Virus record (IMG/VR): IMGVR_UViG_3300010366_000021
Span: 1-40,403 of that record
Source: a virus
Lineage: Duplodnaviria; Caudoviricetes
Strand: one strand, 5' to 3'
DNA: 40,403 bases
The notes under the pieces are model-generated. The model had not been told where the DNA came from. It ran no database searches and saw only the letters and a list, made by a program, of their open reading frames with translations. Each line of letters opens with the position of its first letter. Position 1 is the stretch's first letter. Shown here piece after piece: positions 37,575-40,403 of the stretch. A program made the position numbers and the translations under genes.

Positions 37575-39872
37575 TTAATCCGTGGTGTCATGCTTGAGCG
37601 CAAGGCCAAAGATCGTGCTGGCGAAGTTCTCCTGAGGGAAGCTGATCCTCACCTGCAGATGATGCATCAGAAGCGAGTTCCTCATGCTGGGAATATCGTA
37701 GAGATTCCAGTTCCTCTGCATCAGCGTGGTTGATGGCGTGGCGCCCAGCGGCGGCTCTTCCTGAAAATATGGAATCGTGGCAAACCCTGGTCCGGTCGAT
37801 CCGGTGATCTCATTTGCCAGCACCGCGATCGCCGGGACGGTGCCGCCGGCGGCAAAATATCCGGCAACGTAGTAGACCGGAACCAATGGCTCCAGCGGCT
37901 GGCTCAAAACCATGTTGCCGATGGTGACAAAACAGTTGGTGTAGTTCTGCCCTTCATCCTGCACCGAGGTCAGATCACGTCCCAGGATGAATCCCGCGGC
38001 GGTGGCGCGGCCGGCACAGAGCGTGTAATTTCCAACCGAGGTCTCAATGCTTCTGAGCGCCTTGATCCCGCCAACGGGCTTGTACATCGGAGACCAGGCC
38101 TGCACGTTGAGACCATAGCGCAGGATATTGGCGGATCCATCACAGAGGAAGAGTCCATTGTCCAACCCATTGCGGTGCGTGGTCAGATAGCTGGCATTTT
38201 CGGGAAAAGCCTGGACCAGATCACCGATGAACGCGCTCAGCTCGGTTTTGCTGTTTACGTTCAAGCTGAAGACCTGGCCTGAGGTGAGCAGCGCCGTGAT
38301 CGTGTCTCCGTCTTTGGTCACGCAGTTGGGCGAGCTGATCCCGAAATTATCGAGCAGATCGAGCGAGTAGTAGCTCAGCGTCGTCGGGCCGCCGGTAATG
38401 ATCTTGACCGCATCTTCCAGCCACACCAGCAGGCCCACGCTGGTACCCGTGAGTGCCTGCACCTGGCCGGGGAAGGTAAAGACGTTGGCCGGCGGCCAGC
38501 AGGCGTTCTGATCGCCATTATCAACTTCAGGGCCCGCGGTGAAATAGACCTTGCTGCCGCTGATGCCCCAGAGCCGGCCGTTCCAGGCCACGATGAAAGC
38601 GATCGCATCGGCAGCGGGCGAATGGGTTCCCGTCTGCCCAGGCGGCGGATCACTGAGCAACGCCGTGCCCAGCGGAATGATCAGTGAGGCGTTTAAAGCC
38701 GAGTCGGCAACGTTGTCGGTGAAGGTCCAGGTTCCACCGCCGGTGTTGTTCACCACGCTGCCGGCATAGTCAAAGGTGGATCCTCCGTCACGGGTGCGGT
38801 AAATGTCTACGCTGCTTACATCTGCATTTGTGCTGAAAGCCCCGCTGAGCGCATAGCTGTACGCTCCAAAAACCGGCCCGGTTGAAGCCGTTACCGGAGA
38901 TCCATCAGAACGGTGATAGTAGCCGCCAACCACCGTGGGCGCCTGGGTTGAGTAGACATACATGTACTGATAGCCGGAATAAACCGTCTGCGCGCCCTTG
39001 TTGCTCATGCACGTCCAGCTGAACGTGCCATCGGTGGTGGTAGCACCTATCGTGGTCGACCAGGTTGGCTGCGTTGCACCGGATGTTCCGTTTGAAGCCC
39101 TCTGCTGGATGTTGCCGTTGCTATCAATGATCACTTGGCCGATCTGCATGCCAGGGAAAGTGGAGCTGGGCTGCCATTGAACCGGTGCGCCCAGGTTGAA
39201 CCAGCTCTGGCTGCCATCAGCGGTCGCGGTATTGAATGAAAGAGACCAGTTGGGAACGGTAGATCCAGAAGTTCCGCCGCCAACAATCGCCTCCTGGACA
39301 TTGCCGTTCGAATCCATCAGTACCGCCAGGTTGGCGTAGCTGGTGTTGGGCTGCCAGAAGGTTGCGTTGCGCGTGGTAACCGCCGCAAGAGTGGGTGCGG
39401 CGGCCGGCGCCGGGATCCCCATCCCGTGCAACGCGCCGCCGGTTGTGTCATAGCGCTTCTGTCCATTCGCTGTGCCATTGGCGATATAGAGCTGGTCCTG
39501 CACCATCTCCGTGAACGCCTGGTTGGCATTGCCTTTGGTCCACAGCGTTGTGATCGTGGTGGATGAAAATTTCGCCACGCGCTGGTTTGAATCAAACAGC
39601 GGAAAGACTGTGCCGGCGGAATTCCGGTGTCCCATGAACTGATTGATGATCTCACTGCCCGCCAGCTGCTGCGAGCAGAAGCGGCTGAAGCCCGGCCGCC
39701 GCTGGAGCTGGTAAGTATCAATAAGCTCCATGTCCTGCCCGTCAATCAGCGCATCGGTCATCAGCATGACTTGCATGCCGAGTACCCGCAGCGGCGCAAA
39801 CAGGGCGCTCCTGCGGGTGTAGAGCCCGGTGCGGAAATACTGGATGACGGTTGGCTTGTGAACAGGCGGCAT
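37575..39872 (-). CDS. Tail tubular B / DNA stabilization (P22 gp10-like) protein with inserted repeats
   Basis: LQRRPGF N-terminal motif; IVAWNGRLW...VYFT propeller blades; C-terminal LQVRISF; follows the adaptor gene. Confidence 0.7.
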   Translation of the reverse strand: MPPVHKPTVIQYFRTGLYTRRSALFAPLRVLGMQVMLMTDALIDGQDMELIDTYQLQRRPGFSRFCSQQLAGSEIINQFMGHRNSAGTVFPLFDSNQRVAKFSSTTITTLWTKGNANQAFTEMVQDQLYIANGTANGQKRYDTTGGALHGMGIPAPAAAPTLAAVTTRNATFWQPNTSYANLAVLMDSNGNVQEAIVGGGTSGSTVPNWSLSFNTATADGSQSWFNLGAPVQWQPSSTFPGMQIGQVIIDSNGNIQQRASNGTSGATQPTWSTTIGATTTDGTFSWTCMSNKGAQTVYSGYQYMYVYSTQAPTVVGGYYHRSDGSPVTASTGPVFGAYSYALSGAFSTNADVSSVDIYRTRDGGSTFDYAGSVVNNTGGGTWTFTDNVADSALNASLIIPLGTALLSDPPPGQTGTHSPAADAIAFIVAWNGRLWGISGSKVYFTAGPEVDNGDQNACWPPANVFTFPGQVQALTGTSVGLLVWLEDAVKIITGGPTTLSYYSLDLLDNFGISSPNCVTKDGDTITALLTSGQVFSLNVNSKTELSAFIGDLVQAFPENASYLTTHRNGLDNGLFLCDGSANILRYGLNVQAWSPMYKPVGGIKALRSIETSVGNYTLCAGRATAAGFILGRDLTSVQDEGQNYTNCFVTIGNMVLSQPLEPLVPVYYVAGYFAAGGTVPAIAVLANEITGSTGPGFATIPYFQEEPPLGATPSTTLMQRNWNLYDIPSMRNSLLMHHLQVRISFPQENFASTIFGLALKHDTTD

Positions 39873-39881
39873 TGTCTGCGG

Positions 39882-40109
39882 TTAGTTCTGTTCTTGCTCT
39901 GAGGCCTGGTTCTCCGGCCTGTTGGCGATCGCCTTCTTGGCGAAAAAGCAGGCCTCTTCCAGCTTGGTTCTGACGAGGGCAAGCTCCCGGCCGTTCACTG
40001 GAATCAGAACCAGTAAGACTTCCAAAAGATCATCAAATGCGTTGGCCACACTTGCAGCTGCTGCCAGACCTTTCTCATTGAGCCGGTGTACCTGAAATAG
40101 TGGATCCAT
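39882..40109 (-). CDS. Acb2/Tad1-like helical-hairpin protein (immune-signal sponge candidate)
   Basis: F.VH...P.NGRELALVRTKLEEACFFAKKAIA; GAGGAG RBS. Confidence 0.65.
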   Translation of the reverse strand: MDPLFQVHRLNEKGLAAAASVANAFDDLLEVLLVLIPVNGRELALVRTKLEEACFFAKKAIANRPENQASEQEQN

Positions 40110-40126
40110 AATTTCTCCTCTTGCGT

Positions 40127-40403
40127 TCAGCGCATCAGCGGCGCCAGCGGCACCAGGCCCTGGCTGTTGGCCTCACGCTCCTCACCCTGCATGGCGGAAG
40201 CGATGGCCTGTTGCGCCACGGCAAGCTGTGTTCTGACCTCCGCGTCAGCCACTCCCTTGGCAAAGCGGAAAGCATAGGTCAGGCCAACCTCATTCAGAAC
40301 ATAGCCAAGATCGTCTGGCCAGGCAAAGACCGATTGCGGGTTGGTAAGTTTGGGCGCGCGCTGCTGATAAAAGGCGTTGATCTGAAAGTTGTAGCTGCTC
40401 ACG
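40127..40403 (-). CDS. C-terminal part of the junction-spanning adaptor-like gene
   Basis: In frame with the ATG at 1160; YQQRAPKL...WPDDLGYVL. Confidence 0.75.
   Translation of the reverse strand, partial: VSSYNFQINAFYQQRAPKLTNPQSVFAWPDDLGYVLNEVGLTYAFRFAKGVADAEVRTQLAVAQQAIASAMQGEEREANSQGLVPLAPLMR
40281..40403 (+). repeat. Terminal direct repeat, copy 2
   Basis: Identical to 1-123. Confidence 0.98.

Overview
The window is a complete, circularly assembled 40,280-bp tailed-phage genome; bases 1-123 are repeated exactly at 40281-40403. The host is probably Acidobacteriota, inferred from the character of the Ku and UpxY-like proteins. The virion looks podovirus-like: terminase, P22-type portal, scaffold, N4-gp56-like capsid, adaptor, tail-tube/stabilization protein, GNAT, ejection proteins and a Gly-rich fibre, with no tape measure. 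One ~28-kb minus-strand late operon starts at a sigma70-like promoter (20198-20226) followed by a small hairpin and an intrinsic terminator. Before the packaging genes it carries a UpxY/LoaP-like NusG paralog, Ku, GroEL and GroES. A plus-strand early operon encodes a degenerate HerA/FtsK-family ATPase, a ParB CTPase with a RanBP2/NZF finger and a double-HTH Rep-like protein. It is followed by an iteron + AT-rich + DnaA-box origin candidate. There are two RelE-family toxin-antitoxin pairs, an Acb2/Tad1-like protein and secreted or membrane accessory genes. No integrase, ParA, CI-type repressor or endolysin is recognisable, so it is best read as a phage-plasmid. The most striking unexplained signals are seven dispersed copies of the palindrome TGCRAACGTTTGCA, a dif-format 11-6-11 site, a two-state RNA switch ahead of parB-rep, and the self-encoded NusG-paralog antitermination circuit. 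All family assignments come from motif recognition by eye; no searches were run.
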